A stretch of DNA of 34,689 bases from an uncultured Oscillospiraceae bacterium (lineage in GTDB: Bacteria > Bacillota > Clostridia > UMGS1883 > UMGS1540), in contig CAZUVQ010000003.1 of assembly GCA_964623915.1 (NCBI GenBank), positions 1-34,689 on the forward strand. Reading direction: 5' to 3'. Below, piece after piece: positions 1-9,321 of this stretch. The translations under genes were made by a program, and so were the position numbers. Positions within the stretch are counted from its first letter, which is position 1, and the number at the start of each line of letters is the position of its first letter. The notes under the pieces are model-generated. The model had not been told where the DNA came from and searched no databases. It was given only the letters and a program-made list of their open reading frames with translations.

Positions 1-1
1 T

Positions 2-976
2 GAATCAAGGCGAATTGATAATCAGCTCCGTGGCCGTGCCGGAAGACAGGGCGACCCTGGTGTTTCAAGATTTTATATTTCCATGCAGGATGACCTTATG
101 AGGCTGTTCGGTTCAGAGCGTATGGAAAACATGGCAAATGCTCTTGGACTTGGTGAAGATGATGTTATAGAACATAAATTACTAACAAACCAGATTGAAA
201 ATGCACAAAAACGTGTTGAAGGCAATCACTTCCAGACAAGAAAGCATGTTCTGCAGTTTGATGATGTTATGAACACACAAAGAGAAATAATTTATTCTCA
301 GAGACAGAAGGTATTAAACGGAGAAGATATTAAAGACATAATTTTGAAAATGTGTGAAAACATAGCTGAAGACACAGTGACAAGATATACGGCTGAGAGT
401 GAGTATCCCGAAGAGTGGAACTGGGACGGCATGCTTGATTACTATAACAGCGAATTTAATATGAATCCGCCTGTTTTTTATACAGACAAGGAAAAGGAAA
501 AGTTTACAAAACAAAAAATCTCAAAGGAGCTTATTGATAAAGCCACTGCCCGTTATGAAGAAAAGGAAAATGAAATTACCGGTGCATTAATGCGTGAAAT
601 TGAGCGTGTTTTACTTCTGCGTGCGGTGGATGCACGTTGGATGGCGCATATCGATGATATGGATCAGCTTAAAAACGGTATAGGTCTTCGTGCCTACGCT
701 CAGCATGATCCTGTATCTGAATATAAGTTTGCAGGATTTGAAATGTTTGAGGAAATGATTGCAAACATACGAGAGGATACAGTAAAATATCTTCTGAGAG
801 CACAGACAAACAAGAAAATTGAACGTGAACAGGTTGCAAAACCAATAATAGCTTCACATGGTGACGGATCCGAAGAAAAGAAACCTGTACGAAAGGGTAC
901 AAAGGTGGGCAGAAATGATATGTGTCCCTGTGGAAGCGGTAAAAAGTATAAAAAGTGCTGTGGTATGAACGAATAA
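2..976 (+). CDS. secA: Preprotein translocase ATPase SecA, C-terminal ~325 aa (5' end lies outside the window)
   Basis: The frame is open from nt 2 ([37 protein letters not shown], conserved SecA motor motif). It ends in the [14 protein letters not shown] zinc-binding tail, with stop TAA at 974-976. Confidence 0.95.
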   Translation, partial: ESRRIDNQLRGRAGRQGDPGVSRFYISMQDDLMRLFGSERMENMANALGLGEDDVIEHKLLTNQIENAQKRVEGNHFQTRKHVLQFDDVMNTQREIIYSQRQKVLNGEDIKDIILKMCENIAEDTVTRYTAESEYPEEWNWDGMLDYYNSEFNMNPPVFYTDKEKEKFTKQKISKELIDKATARYEEKENEITGALMREIERVLLLRAVDARWMAHIDDMDQLKNGIGLRAYAQHDPVSEYKFAGFEMFEEMIANIREDTVKYLLRAQTNKKIEREQVAKPIIASHGDGSEEKKPVRKGTKVGRNDMCPCGSGKKYKKCCGMNE

Positions 977-993
977 AAGTAGGAGAAGGTTAT

Positions 994-2115
994 ATGATTG
1001 AATATGAACAGTACAGGCTTGATCTTATCTCAATGGAAAAAGACCTTGAGGAGCTTCGATTAGCCTTGGCAATCCAAAAAGAAAAAGAAGTTTTGGATGA
1101 ACTTGAAAAGCAGACTATGGATACCTCTTTTTATAATGATATTGAATCCTCTCACAAGGTGTTACAGAAAATTAAAAAAGCAAAGGATATGATCAGAGGT
1201 TTTGATGACCTTAGAAAAAAATGGGAAGACACCAGAACACTTGTAGAGCTGGCAATCGATGAAGATGATGACAGCGTTTTTGAGGAAATCAAGTCAAGCT
1301 ATGGCGAGCTGGCGAGACTTCTTGAGAAGACAAAGCTTGATGCACTGTTATCGGGGCAGTATGATAAGTTCGGCACAATTCTCACCATTCATGCAGGAGC
1401 GGGAGGAACTGAGGCGCAGGACTGGGCTCAAATGATTTTGAGAATGTATATGCGATTTGCCGAAAGACGTGGTTTTAAGGTAACAACCCTTGATTATCTT
1501 GACGGTGATGAAGCGGGGATTAAAAGTGCATCCATATTAATAGAAGGTCTTAATGCCTATGGTTATTTAAAATGTGAGAAGGGTGTTCACCGCCTTGTGC
1601 GTATTTCACCCTTTGATGCTTCCGGCAGAAGGCATACATCTTTTGCGTCTTTGGATGTTACACCCGATATAGATGATGAAATTGATATTAAAATCAACCC
1701 CGATGATTTAAGGGTTGATACCTATCGCTCAAGCGGCGCAGGAGGACAGCATGTAAATAAAACGTCATCTGCAATAAGAATAACACATATTCCAACAGGA
1801 ATTGTTGTTGCATGTCAGAATGAACGTTCGCAACATCAGAACCGTGAATATGCAATGAAAATGCTAAAAGCAAAGCTTGTTGAAATAACTGAACGTGAGC
1901 ATAAGGAAAAAATTGAGGATATTAAGGGAGTACAAAAGGAAATTGCATGGGGCAGCCAGATTCGTTCCTATGTTTTCCATCCGTACAGCATGGTAAAGGA
2001 TCACAGAACCAACTATGAAGTAGGAAACACTACGGCAGTAATGGACGGTGAGCTTGACGGGTTTATAAATGCTTATCTGAAAGCGGCAAATTTAGATGAA
2101 CTTAATCTCAAATAA
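994..2115 (+). CDS. prfB: Peptide chain release factor 2, encoded in one uninterrupted frame
   Basis: AGGAG at 981-985 is followed by ATG 994. The protein has the SPF motif (RISPFDASGRRHTSF) and the GGQ motif (SGAGGQHVNKT). The ORF-track start at 955 overlaps secA and has no RBS. Confidence 0.93.
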   Translation: MIEYEQYRLDLISMEKDLEELRLALAIQKEKEVLDELEKQTMDTSFYNDIESSHKVLQKIKKAKDMIRGFDDLRKKWEDTRTLVELAIDEDDDSVFEEIKSSYGELARLLEKTKLDALLSGQYDKFGTILTIHAGAGGTEAQDWAQMILRMYMRFAERRGFKVTTLDYLDGDEAGIKSASILIEGLNAYGYLKCEKGVHRLVRISPFDASGRRHTSFASLDVTPDIDDEIDIKINPDDLRVDTYRSSGAGGQHVNKTSSAIRITHIPTGIVVACQNERSQHQNREYAMKMLKAKLVEITEREHKEKIEDIKGVQKEIAWGSQIRSYVFHPYSMVKDHRTNYEVGNTTAVMDGELDGFINAYLKAANLDELNLK

Positions 2116-2135
2116 GGTTAGTAAGGGGTGATTTA

Positions 2136-3515
2136 GTGTATTATCTGGCAATTGATATAGGTGCTTCCAGTGGCCGCCATATGTTAGGTTTTATTGAAAA
2201 CGGGAAACTTATCCTTGAAGAAGTCTATCGTTTTGAAAATAAAACTGTTACAAGGAATGGTCATATCTGCTGGGAAGCAGACAGGTTATTTTCAGAAATC
2301 AAGGCGGGCATGAAAAAATGCTCAGAATTAGGGAAAATTCCTTGCAGTCTTGGGATTGACTGCTTTGGTGTTGATTTTGTTTTGTTGGATGAGGATGATA
2401 AAGTGTTGGGGGATACAGTAGCTTACCGTGATTTAAGGACAGAAGCTGTTATTGATGAGGTAAAAAATCTTGTTCCCGATCTGTATGAGAAAACAGGCAT
2501 TGCACCAAATTCATTTAATACTGTTTTTCAGTTATATGCCCAAAAAAAGGAGCATCCTGAATATTTTGAAAGAGCAGCCCGCTATCTTATGCTGCCGGAA
2601 TATTTTAATTTTCTGTTAACGGGCAAAAAGCTCAATGAATATACCAACGGTACAACAACTCAAATGGTAAACGGAGAAAAAATGGAATACGATGAAGATA
2701 TCTGCAAAACCCTTGGCATTCCTTATTCCATTTTTGGAAAGCTTGAAAAACCCGGAACCTTTGTGGGTAAATTGAAAGACGATATAAAAAAAGAGGTTGG
2801 GTTTGATTGTAATGTTGTTCTTCCCGGAACCCATGATACAGCATCAGCGGTATCAGCTGTTCCCACGCAGGACGAGTGTCTTTATATAAGCTCGGGAACC
2901 TGGTCGCTTATGGGAACGGTTTTAGATAAGCCTAATTTTTCTGCTCTCAGCGAAAAAAACGGTTTCACAAACGAAGGCGGTGTAAATGGCGTCAGATTTC
3001 TGAAAAATATCATGGGCCTTTGGATTATCCAATCTATAAAACGTGAGCTTAACAACAAGTACAGCTTTTATGAGCTGTGTGAAATGGCAGAAAAATCATC
3101 ATACCCCGGAGTTGTTGACGTGAATGACAACGTATTCTTTTCCCCTTTAAATATGATTGATGCGATAAAGGCATATTTAAAGCAAAATTGTGAACCGTTG
3201 CCCGATACTATAGGGGATATTCTCAAGGCAGTTTATCGTGGCCTTGCTGAAAGCTATGCAAGAACTGCTCTTGAAATAGAGGAAATAACAGGCAAAAAGT
3301 TTGAAGCTATTTATATTATTGGGGGCGGAAGCCGTGATATGTATTTGAATAAGCTTACGGCGCAGAAAACTGGAAAACAAATATATGCAGGCCCTGTTGA
3401 AGCGACAGCCATAGGGAATCTATTGGTTCAGATTATTGCATCCGGTGAATACACCTATGATAGAGTTGCAGGGCTTGTTGCTTCATCCTTTGATGTGAAA
3501 AAAGTTGATTCGTAA
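2136..3515 (+). CDS. FGGY-family carbohydrate kinase, rhamnulokinase-like
   Basis: GTG start lies 5 nt after AAGGGGTG (2123-2130). The N-terminus YLAIDIGASSGRHMLG...EEVYRFEN is typical of RhaB-type FGGY kinases, and a GTHDTASA motif is present. Length is 459 aa. The substrate assignment rests on recollection of family N-termini only. Confidence 0.7.
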   Translation: MYYLAIDIGASSGRHMLGFIENGKLILEEVYRFENKTVTRNGHICWEADRLFSEIKAGMKKCSELGKIPCSLGIDCFGVDFVLLDEDDKVLGDTVAYRDLRTEAVIDEVKNLVPDLYEKTGIAPNSFNTVFQLYAQKKEHPEYFERAARYLMLPEYFNFLLTGKKLNEYTNGTTTQMVNGEKMEYDEDICKTLGIPYSIFGKLEKPGTFVGKLKDDIKKEVGFDCNVVLPGTHDTASAVSAVPTQDECLYISSGTWSLMGTVLDKPNFSALSEKNGFTNEGGVNGVRFLKNIMGLWIIQSIKRELNNKYSFYELCEMAEKSSYPGVVDVNDNVFFSPLNMIDAIKAYLKQNCEPLPDTIGDILKAVYRGLAESYARTALEIEEITGKKFEAIYIIGGGSRDMYLNKLTAQKTGKQIYAGPVEATAIGNLLVQIIASGEYTYDRVAGLVASSFDVKKVDS

Positions 3516-3544
3516 TATAACTTGTTAACATGGAGAAAACACAT

Positions 3545-6157
3545 ATGAAATTCAAACGAATTATGGCATTGGTCTTTGCGGTTATATTTTTTATTATTCC
3601 TGACTTAACAAGCAGCGTTTTGTCTTCTGACGACTTTGAAAAGCTCGATTTAATTGTCGAGCTTTACGGGCCGACAGATGGCATTGCGCTTTTTTCTCTT
3701 GATAATAAGGAAACAATTGCCGATAATTTTGACCTTGAAATCACTGAAACCTATGATGTTGTAATAAATGGCTTTACAACACAGGGTACAGTTGCCGATA
3801 TGAAGTTGCTTGAAAATAATCCGGCAGTAAAAAAAGTTTATATTGCTAATACATATACTGTCCCCGAGGACATAGAAACCGAAACAGTCGAAGAATATAT
3901 GGATTATAAACCAATGAGTGAAAACGGACCCGTTGGTACAGGTATGGCTGTAGCTGTGCTTGATTCGGAGTTTCTTGTTGCGCATAAATACTTTTCACAG
4001 CCTGTGACCTCACCAAAAATTACCAGCGCGGATATATCTGCGAAAACCTCATTAGGTAAAATAGCCAATGGTTTATATTACAGTACAAAGATACCCTTTG
4101 TTTACGATTATTACCATGAAGATAAAGATGTTTTCAATATAAATTCAAGCCATGGAACCCATGTTGCAGGAATTGTCGGCGGGAAAAACCAGGAAAGACA
4201 GGGCACTGCACCGGACGCACAGCTTGTTTTGATGAAAATTTTCTCTGATGAAGGAGAAACAACCGATGCTAAAATCTTACGGGCTATAGATGATGCCATT
4301 TTACTTGGTGTTGATGTAATAAATATGAGCTTTGGTGAGTCGGTTGGTTTTGTAAACAGCCAATATAACATAAATTATGAAGACATTATTTCGGTTGCTC
4401 AAAGCCACGGCGTGGCAGTGTGCATTTCAAATGGGAATAATGGCTATTTAGGAGGAGCAGGGCAAAATGCAAACTCCTCCTATCCAAGTACAGAGGTTAC
4501 GGATTATGGTTCTTCAGCTACCCCGGCAACGGCGCCTTCCGCAATAGCCGTCGGCGCAACTGATGAACAGGGCATAAAGACCGATTATTATTCATCAAGA
4601 GGAGCCGCACATAATTTGTCTCTGAAACCCGACATTTCAGGAATTGGTAGAATTAAATCGTCTGTCAGCACAAGCGATATCTCTTATTCCGTCATGCGGG
4701 GTACATCTATGGCTTCTCCTTATGTTTCAGGTTCACTTGCCTCAATAAAGCAGTATGTATCCAGTGCATATCCATCACTGACAAATCAGCAAAAAACACA
4801 GATAGCAGAAATGCTGGCTATGAATACGGCAACCCTTCTTGAGGAGGACAGCGGAGAATATATAAGCCCGAGGGCACAGGGAGCGGGCCTTGTAAATGCA
4901 GGAAATGCAGCTACAAGCCCTGTTATCATGTATTCATCGTCTGATAAAGGGAAGGTGGAGCTTTATGATAATCTTAGTAACAGCTTTTCTTTTGATTTAT
5001 TTGTTAAAAACCTCAGTAATTCTGATGTTTCCTATAATATATGTTGCAATGTTTTAACTGATGAATATGATGAAAATACATTAAGAATAACGGGTAAATC
5101 TAAAGCAATAGAAAATACCACTGTGACGTTTGACTGTGGAAATACAATAAATCTTTCTGCAGGAGAAGTTAAAAAAATAACTGTTTCCGTAACAATTGAA
5201 GAGGAAACAACAGATTTTTTAAAGCAAGTTTTTAAAAACGGGTTTTTTATTGAAGGCTTCGTCAGGCTTGAAAATGCTTTATATCCGGAGGTTAGCGTAC
5301 CGTTTATGGGCTATTTTTCCGATTGGGGCAAACAGGGGTTTATAGATGAAGGTTTAATATATAACGATATGAAAATAGAGGGCGAAAACGGGAATATTCT
5401 TACAAAGTATTCCTATGAAGGCGGAGAGGAATTTGTAGTATTGCCCGAAGGAGGTGCAATACGCCTTGCCTCTGTACCGTTTCTGAGGAATATTGTAAAA
5501 GCAAATGAATTACTGACAGATATTTCAGGCAATGTATTAACAACATATCCTAACGTATATTATATGAAAAAAAGCAGTTATGATTATAAAGAAAAGGAGT
5601 ATTTGCTTTATGACTTGCCATGGCGCAATCTAAAAGATTCTTTGGGAACGGACTTGGGTGATGGTGAATACTATTATAAAGTGGCAGGTTCTATTGAATA
5701 CAAAGACGGGATTAAAACTGCAACTCCATATTGTCTGCGTATTGTAATTGACAGCCAAAGCCCTTTGGCGGATTGTGTAATTAAAACAGATGGAAACACA
5801 GCTTTATATTATTTAAGGGCACAGGACAATCATGCCGTCAAAGAAGTAACGGTAGGCAGTAATACAAGTGAAATTGGAAAAGCTTCTTATAATAATATAG
5901 TAGAAACAGAAATTTCAATAAACGGTACTGAAAAAATAACTGTTTCTGATTATGCGGGGAACACCTGTTTTGTCACATTTAGCAAGGGCTTCATTTGTAC
6001 ATATGACAATGAGGGCGATTTATATAATATTATAATAAAAAATATACCGATAAACGAAAACAGTACGCCAAATATAGTAATTGAACCTACTGATGGAAAC
6101 TTAAATGTTAGGGTACTGATATGGGACAACAAACTGCAACCGGTATATCAAGGGTAA
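3545..6157 (+). CDS. Secreted subtilisin-like serine peptidase (MEROPS S8) with a long C-terminal beta-rich extension
   Basis: The catalytic triad contexts are AVAVLDSEF (Asp), HGTHVAGIVGG (His) and GTSMASPYVSG (Ser), with an SNGNNG oxyanion Asn. The N-terminal signal peptide is MKFKRIMALVFAVIFFIIP. GGAG at 3532-3535 sits 9 nt before ATG 3545, and the alternative ATG 3530 lacks an RBS. I see no LPXTG, SLH or lipobox anchor. Confidence 0.88.
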   Translation: MKFKRIMALVFAVIFFIIPDLTSSVLSSDDFEKLDLIVELYGPTDGIALFSLDNKETIADNFDLEITETYDVVINGFTTQGTVADMKLLENNPAVKKVYIANTYTVPEDIETETVEEYMDYKPMSENGPVGTGMAVAVLDSEFLVAHKYFSQPVTSPKITSADISAKTSLGKIANGLYYSTKIPFVYDYYHEDKDVFNINSSHGTHVAGIVGGKNQERQGTAPDAQLVLMKIFSDEGETTDAKILRAIDDAILLGVDVINMSFGESVGFVNSQYNINYEDIISVAQSHGVAVCISNGNNGYLGGAGQNANSSYPSTEVTDYGSSATPATAPSAIAVGATDEQGIKTDYYSSRGAAHNLSLKPDISGIGRIKSSVSTSDISYSVMRGTSMASPYVSGSLASIKQYVSSAYPSLTNQQKTQIAEMLAMNTATLLEEDSGEYISPRAQGAGLVNAGNAATSPVIMYSSSDKGKVELYDNLSNSFSFDLFVKNLSNSDVSYNICCNVLTDEYDENTLRITGKSKAIENTTVTFDCGNTINLSAGEVKKITVSVTIEEETTDFLKQVFKNGFFIEGFVRLENALYPEVSVPFMGYFSDWGKQGFIDEGLIYNDMKIEGENGNILTKYSYEGGEEFVVLPEGGAIRLASVPFLRNIVKANELLTDISGNVLTTYPNVYYMKKSSYDYKEKEYLLYDLPWRNLKDSLGTDLGDGEYYYKVAGSIEYKDGIKTATPYCLRIVIDSQSPLADCVIKTDGNTALYYLRAQDNHAVKEVTVGSNTSEIGKASYNNIVETEISINGTEKITVSDYAGNTCFVTFSKGFICTYDNEGDLYNIIIKNIPINENSTPNIVIEPTDGNLNVRVLIWDNKLQPVYQG

Positions 6158-6199
6158 CACTATTGTATATATCTCGGTATATGGTTTCTTATATTTTTA

Positions 6200-6228
6200 T
6201 TGACAAAAAGGGCGGCTTGATATACACT
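6200..6228 (+). promoter_or_regulatory. Candidate distal sigma-A promoter of the S-layer gene (TTGACA-17-TACACT)
   Basis: TTGACA at 6200-6205, a 17-nt spacer, then TACACT at 6223-6228. Confidence 0.4.
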
Positions 6229-6312
6229 ATGATAAGGGTAATAGTGCAAACACCTATTGTGGCACTACTGTAAAGCAAATTTTACAGTTGTGTTACAACT
6301 GCAAAAATAGCA

Positions 6313-6341
6313 TTGACGGCGTGAAATTGTAGTGCTATAAT
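6313..6341 (+). promoter_or_regulatory. Near-consensus sigma-A promoter of the S-layer gene (TTGACG-17-TGcTATAAT)
   Basis: TTGACG at 6313-6318, a 17-nt spacer ending in the TGc extended -10 element, then TATAAT at 6336-6341. The predicted TSS is near 6348, which gives a leader of about 117 nt. Confidence 0.7.
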
Positions 6342-6389
6342 CAAGCCATGAAGGGAATAATGCATTTGTTCCCTGCGCACAGTCGCATA

Positions 6390-6429
6390 TGAAAGAGATG
6401 CGGCAGGTGCAAAAACCACATCTCTTTCA
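6390..6429 (+). promoter_or_regulatory. Perfect 11-bp stem-loop in the S-layer mRNA leader (probable mRNA-stabilising or regulatory hairpin)
   Basis: TGAAAGAGATG (6390-6400) pairs perfectly with CATCTCTTTCA (6419-6429) around an 18-nt loop. It lies about 18 nt upstream of the AAGGAGG RBS (6447-6453). Confidence 0.6.
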
Positions 6430-6464
6430 CAAATAAATATTTTTTTAAGGAGGATTTGAGAATT

Positions 6465-9257
6465 ATGACAAATCTCAAAAAAGTTCTTGTTATCGCAGTT
6501 GTTTTTGCAATGATGCTTTCTTTCTCAGTTTCAGCAGCAGGTTTTCCTGATGTTGACCAGAACGCTTCTTATGCAGAATCAGTATCAATTCTGTCATCTC
6601 TCGAGCTCATGATTGGTGACGAACAGGGAAATTTCAATCCTGACAAAACAATTACAAGAGCAGAAGCTGCTACAATAATCGTTCGTGCAAAAGGTCTCGA
6701 AGATGCAGCAGCAGGTGCTAAAGGTGCTACTCAGTTTACAGACGTAGCAGCAGATCATTGGGCAGCAGGTTATATTAACCTTGCTACACAGAATGGCATT
6801 ATCGTTGGTTACGGCGATGGAACATTCGGTCCGGAAGATGAAGTAACATACGAACAGATCACAAAGATGATCGTTGCAACTCTTGGTTACACACCTATGG
6901 CTAACCAGCAGGGCGGATATCCTACAGGTTATCTCGTAATTGCTTCTCAGAAGGGTATTTCAAAGGGCACATCAGGTCAAGCAGGCGAACCTGCTCCAAG
7001 AGCAACAGTTGCTCGTTTACTTTACAACGCTCTTACAGTTGAAATGATGGGTCAGACAGTTTACACAACTGGTGGCGAAGAGTATGAAATGATTGATGAT
7101 ACTTTGCTTTATGATTACCTTGAAATTGACGTATATGAAGGTACTATAACAGGCACATACGCAACTTCTGGTTCAGTTAATTCTAATAACAAATTAATCG
7201 ATATTTCATATGATAAAGTAAATGGTGTAAAAGAAATCGATACTGTAAAAGCTGAAGAAGGCAAAACCGGCGCAGCTGCTTACCTCGGCTACTATGTAGT
7301 TGCTTATGTTGGTATAGATGAAGATACAGATGAAGAAACATTGCTTGCTGTAGCTCCAAAATCCAACAAAAACCAACTTATAACTGTTGATTACAGCCAG
7401 CTTGAAGATGATAAAGATGATGATATAACAACGGTTTCTTATTTGGCAAAATCAACAGATAGGTCAGCAACAAAGATTGAATTAACTAATACTAATAACT
7501 TTTACTACAACGGTAAGAAAGACTTTGCAAATGCAGAAGAGTTCTTAACGCAGTATGAGAATCCTTCAAATCCAAAGCCTGGAACTGTTACGTTTTTAGA
7601 CAATGGTAATGATGACGATTATGATTATGTATTTGTAACAGAATACACAGAAAACTATGTTGTTGATGAAGTTGATGCTAAGAGGCAAAGACTTGTTGAC
7701 AAAAATGGTTCCAACATTCCGATAGACCTTGATGATGAAGATGTTATATACACATTCTGCTTTGCAGATGGTACACCTGCTTCTTATGAAGACATTGAGG
7801 TTGACAATGTGCTCACATTCGCTACAAGTGATGACGAAGATTTAGTAACAGTCTATATTTCAGACAAAACTGTTGAAGGTTCTGTTTCTGAATCCAGAAC
7901 AGACGGCGAAAATTACTACACAATCGATGGTGAAGAATATAGATTATCAAATGATGTAAGCTTAAAGGTTGCTGATGAAGGTAAGTTTTACATCAACGTT
8001 GACAACAGAATAGTTTATAAAGAAACAACCGTAAACAAATCAGTAGACAAATTTGCATATCTTTACAAGGCAGCATTTTCAAAAGGTATCGATGCTGGAG
8101 TACAGGTTCAGTTTATAACAGCAGCCGGCGAGTGGAAGATATTAGACCTCGCAACAAAAGTTACTGTTTATAAAGATATTGCAGGCAAGTATAGTTCTGA
8201 ACCAATTGAATCTACTAAAGAAGGTGAAGACCTTGGTCTTTACATTGTAGATGAAACTAAAACAGATGGCGTTGACTATACTCAGCAGATCTTTAAATAT
8301 GATACAAACAGTGCAGGCAAGATTTACAGGATTTATCTTACTTCTGCATTAAAATATGAAGAAGACGGTCCTTCAATAGACGGTGCTGCACGTGAAGCAT
8401 CATATAATGCCAGCCAGGTAAAACTTGGTGGAACTTACCTCCTCGAAGATACAATAGTATTCAATGTACCTGAGAATGGTATTGCAACAGACGATAGCGA
8501 TATTACTGTAAGCACAGTTTCTAAGACATTTAAAGAAGTTGGTCAATACGATGCTGACTTCTATGATATTGATGATGATTATCCTTCAGTAGTAGTTGCA
8601 TTCGGTGCTAAGGGCGCAATTGATGATTCCACAAGGCTCTTTGTTATCAGCAAAGTTACAAGTGGTTATAACGATAACGACACAACAGTAGACAGATTCT
8701 ACGGTTACCAGGAAGGTGAATATGTTGACGCATATGGATCTGAAGAAGTTATCAAATATACAGATGCTGAAGGCAATGAACTTACGGGTGAAAATGCTAG
8801 TGTACAGGCCGGTGACGTTGTAATATTCAGCCTTGACTTATATGGTGACATTGACAAAATTCAAATTCTTATGAAAGCGGAAGATGCTATAGCTCTTAGT
8901 GAAGACCAGGAAAATGCTTATGATTATACGTTCGCTGGTTTAGGCGATGAAGATGCAGGCATGAACTACTTTGGTTGGGCTGAAAGCAAATCAAACAACC
9001 GCTTGAACCTTTACTTTGGTAAAGATGCTGAAGATAAGGATATAACTGAATCCATCATGTTCAAGGGTAACTACAATGTATACAATGTAAACCTTAATCG
9101 TTCAACACCCGTTGTTTCAGTAAGCGATTTTGGTGATATTGACCATGGCGTAGTTAGACCTGGAAAGAACACTGATTATGTATTCGTTAGAACTTATGAA
9201 GGTAATGTAGTAGATGCAGTTGTTTACACATTCGAATTGGACTCAATAGCTGACTAA
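6465..9257 (+). CDS. S-layer / cell-surface protein with three N-terminal SLH repeats and a ~730-aa acidic domain of unknown fold
   Basis: AAGGAGG at 6447-6453 precedes ATG 6465. The signal peptide is MTNLKKVLVIAVVFAMMLSFSVSA. The three SLH repeats are FPDVDQNASYAESVSILSSLELMIGDEQGNFNPDKTITRAEAATIIVRA, FTDVAADHWAAGYINLATQNGIIVGYGDGTFGPEDEVTYEQITKMIVATL and YPTGYLVIASQKGISKG...APRATVARLLYNAL (about nt 6537-7047). Codon choice looks strongly biased, and the gene has a strong promoter and terminator. Confidence 0.9.
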   Translation: MTNLKKVLVIAVVFAMMLSFSVSAAGFPDVDQNASYAESVSILSSLELMIGDEQGNFNPDKTITRAEAATIIVRAKGLEDAAAGAKGATQFTDVAADHWAAGYINLATQNGIIVGYGDGTFGPEDEVTYEQITKMIVATLGYTPMANQQGGYPTGYLVIASQKGISKGTSGQAGEPAPRATVARLLYNALTVEMMGQTVYTTGGEEYEMIDDTLLYDYLEIDVYEGTITGTYATSGSVNSNNKLIDISYDKVNGVKEIDTVKAEEGKTGAAAYLGYYVVAYVGIDEDTDEETLLAVAPKSNKNQLITVDYSQLEDDKDDDITTVSYLAKSTDRSATKIELTNTNNFYYNGKKDFANAEEFLTQYENPSNPKPGTVTFLDNGNDDDYDYVFVTEYTENYVVDEVDAKRQRLVDKNGSNIPIDLDDEDVIYTFCFADGTPASYEDIEVDNVLTFATSDDEDLVTVYISDKTVEGSVSESRTDGENYYTIDGEEYRLSNDVSLKVADEGKFYINVDNRIVYKETTVNKSVDKFAYLYKAAFSKGIDAGVQVQFITAAGEWKILDLATKVTVYKDIAGKYSSEPIESTKEGEDLGLYIVDETKTDGVDYTQQIFKYDTNSAGKIYRIYLTSALKYEEDGPSIDGAAREASYNASQVKLGGTYLLEDTIVFNVPENGIATDDSDITVSTVSKTFKEVGQYDADFYDIDDDYPSVVVAFGAKGAIDDSTRLFVISKVTSGYNDNDTTVDRFYGYQEGEYVDAYGSEEVIKYTDAEGNELTGENASVQAGDVVIFSLDLYGDIDKIQILMKAEDAIALSEDQENAYDYTFAGLGDEDAGMNYFGWAESKSNNRLNLYFGKDAEDKDITESIMFKGNYNVYNVNLNRSTPVVSVSDFGDIDHGVVRPGKNTDYVFVRTYEGNVVDAVVYTFELDSIAD

Positions 9258-9281
9258 TTAACACTTGTTAATTAGAAATTT

Positions 9282-9313
9282 AGAACCGGTGCATATGCAC
9301 CGGTTCTTTTTTC
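9282..9313 (+). terminator. Rho-independent terminator of the S-layer gene
   Basis: GAACCGGTGC-ATAT-GCACCGGTTC is a perfect 10-bp GC-rich stem (9283-9306), followed by TTTTTT (9307-9312). Confidence 0.9.
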
Positions 9314-9321
9314 TATTTCAC

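Noticed and set aside
6375-6430. Resemblance of the S-layer leader to a c-di-GMP-I (GEMM-I) riboswitch (GCGCACAG..., a GAAA-containing hairpin loop, GGUGCAAAAACC)
   Set aside because: Only short fragments match. The first GGCAAA element and the whole second (P2) hairpin with its tetraloop receptor are missing. This is most likely a chance similarity, and cmsearch with RF01051 would settle it.
6390-6447. The 11-bp hairpin plus downstream T7 run read as an intrinsic terminator or attenuator
   Set aside because: The T-run starts 11 nt after the stem rather than abutting it, so it does not fit a canonical rho-independent terminator. I treat it as a leader stem-loop instead.
3545-9257. The protease and S-layer segment as a horizontally acquired island
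   Set aside because: There are no flanking repeats, tRNA or mobility genes, and base composition looks similar to the neighbouring genes. The distinctive codon usage of the S-layer gene is better explained by very high expression.
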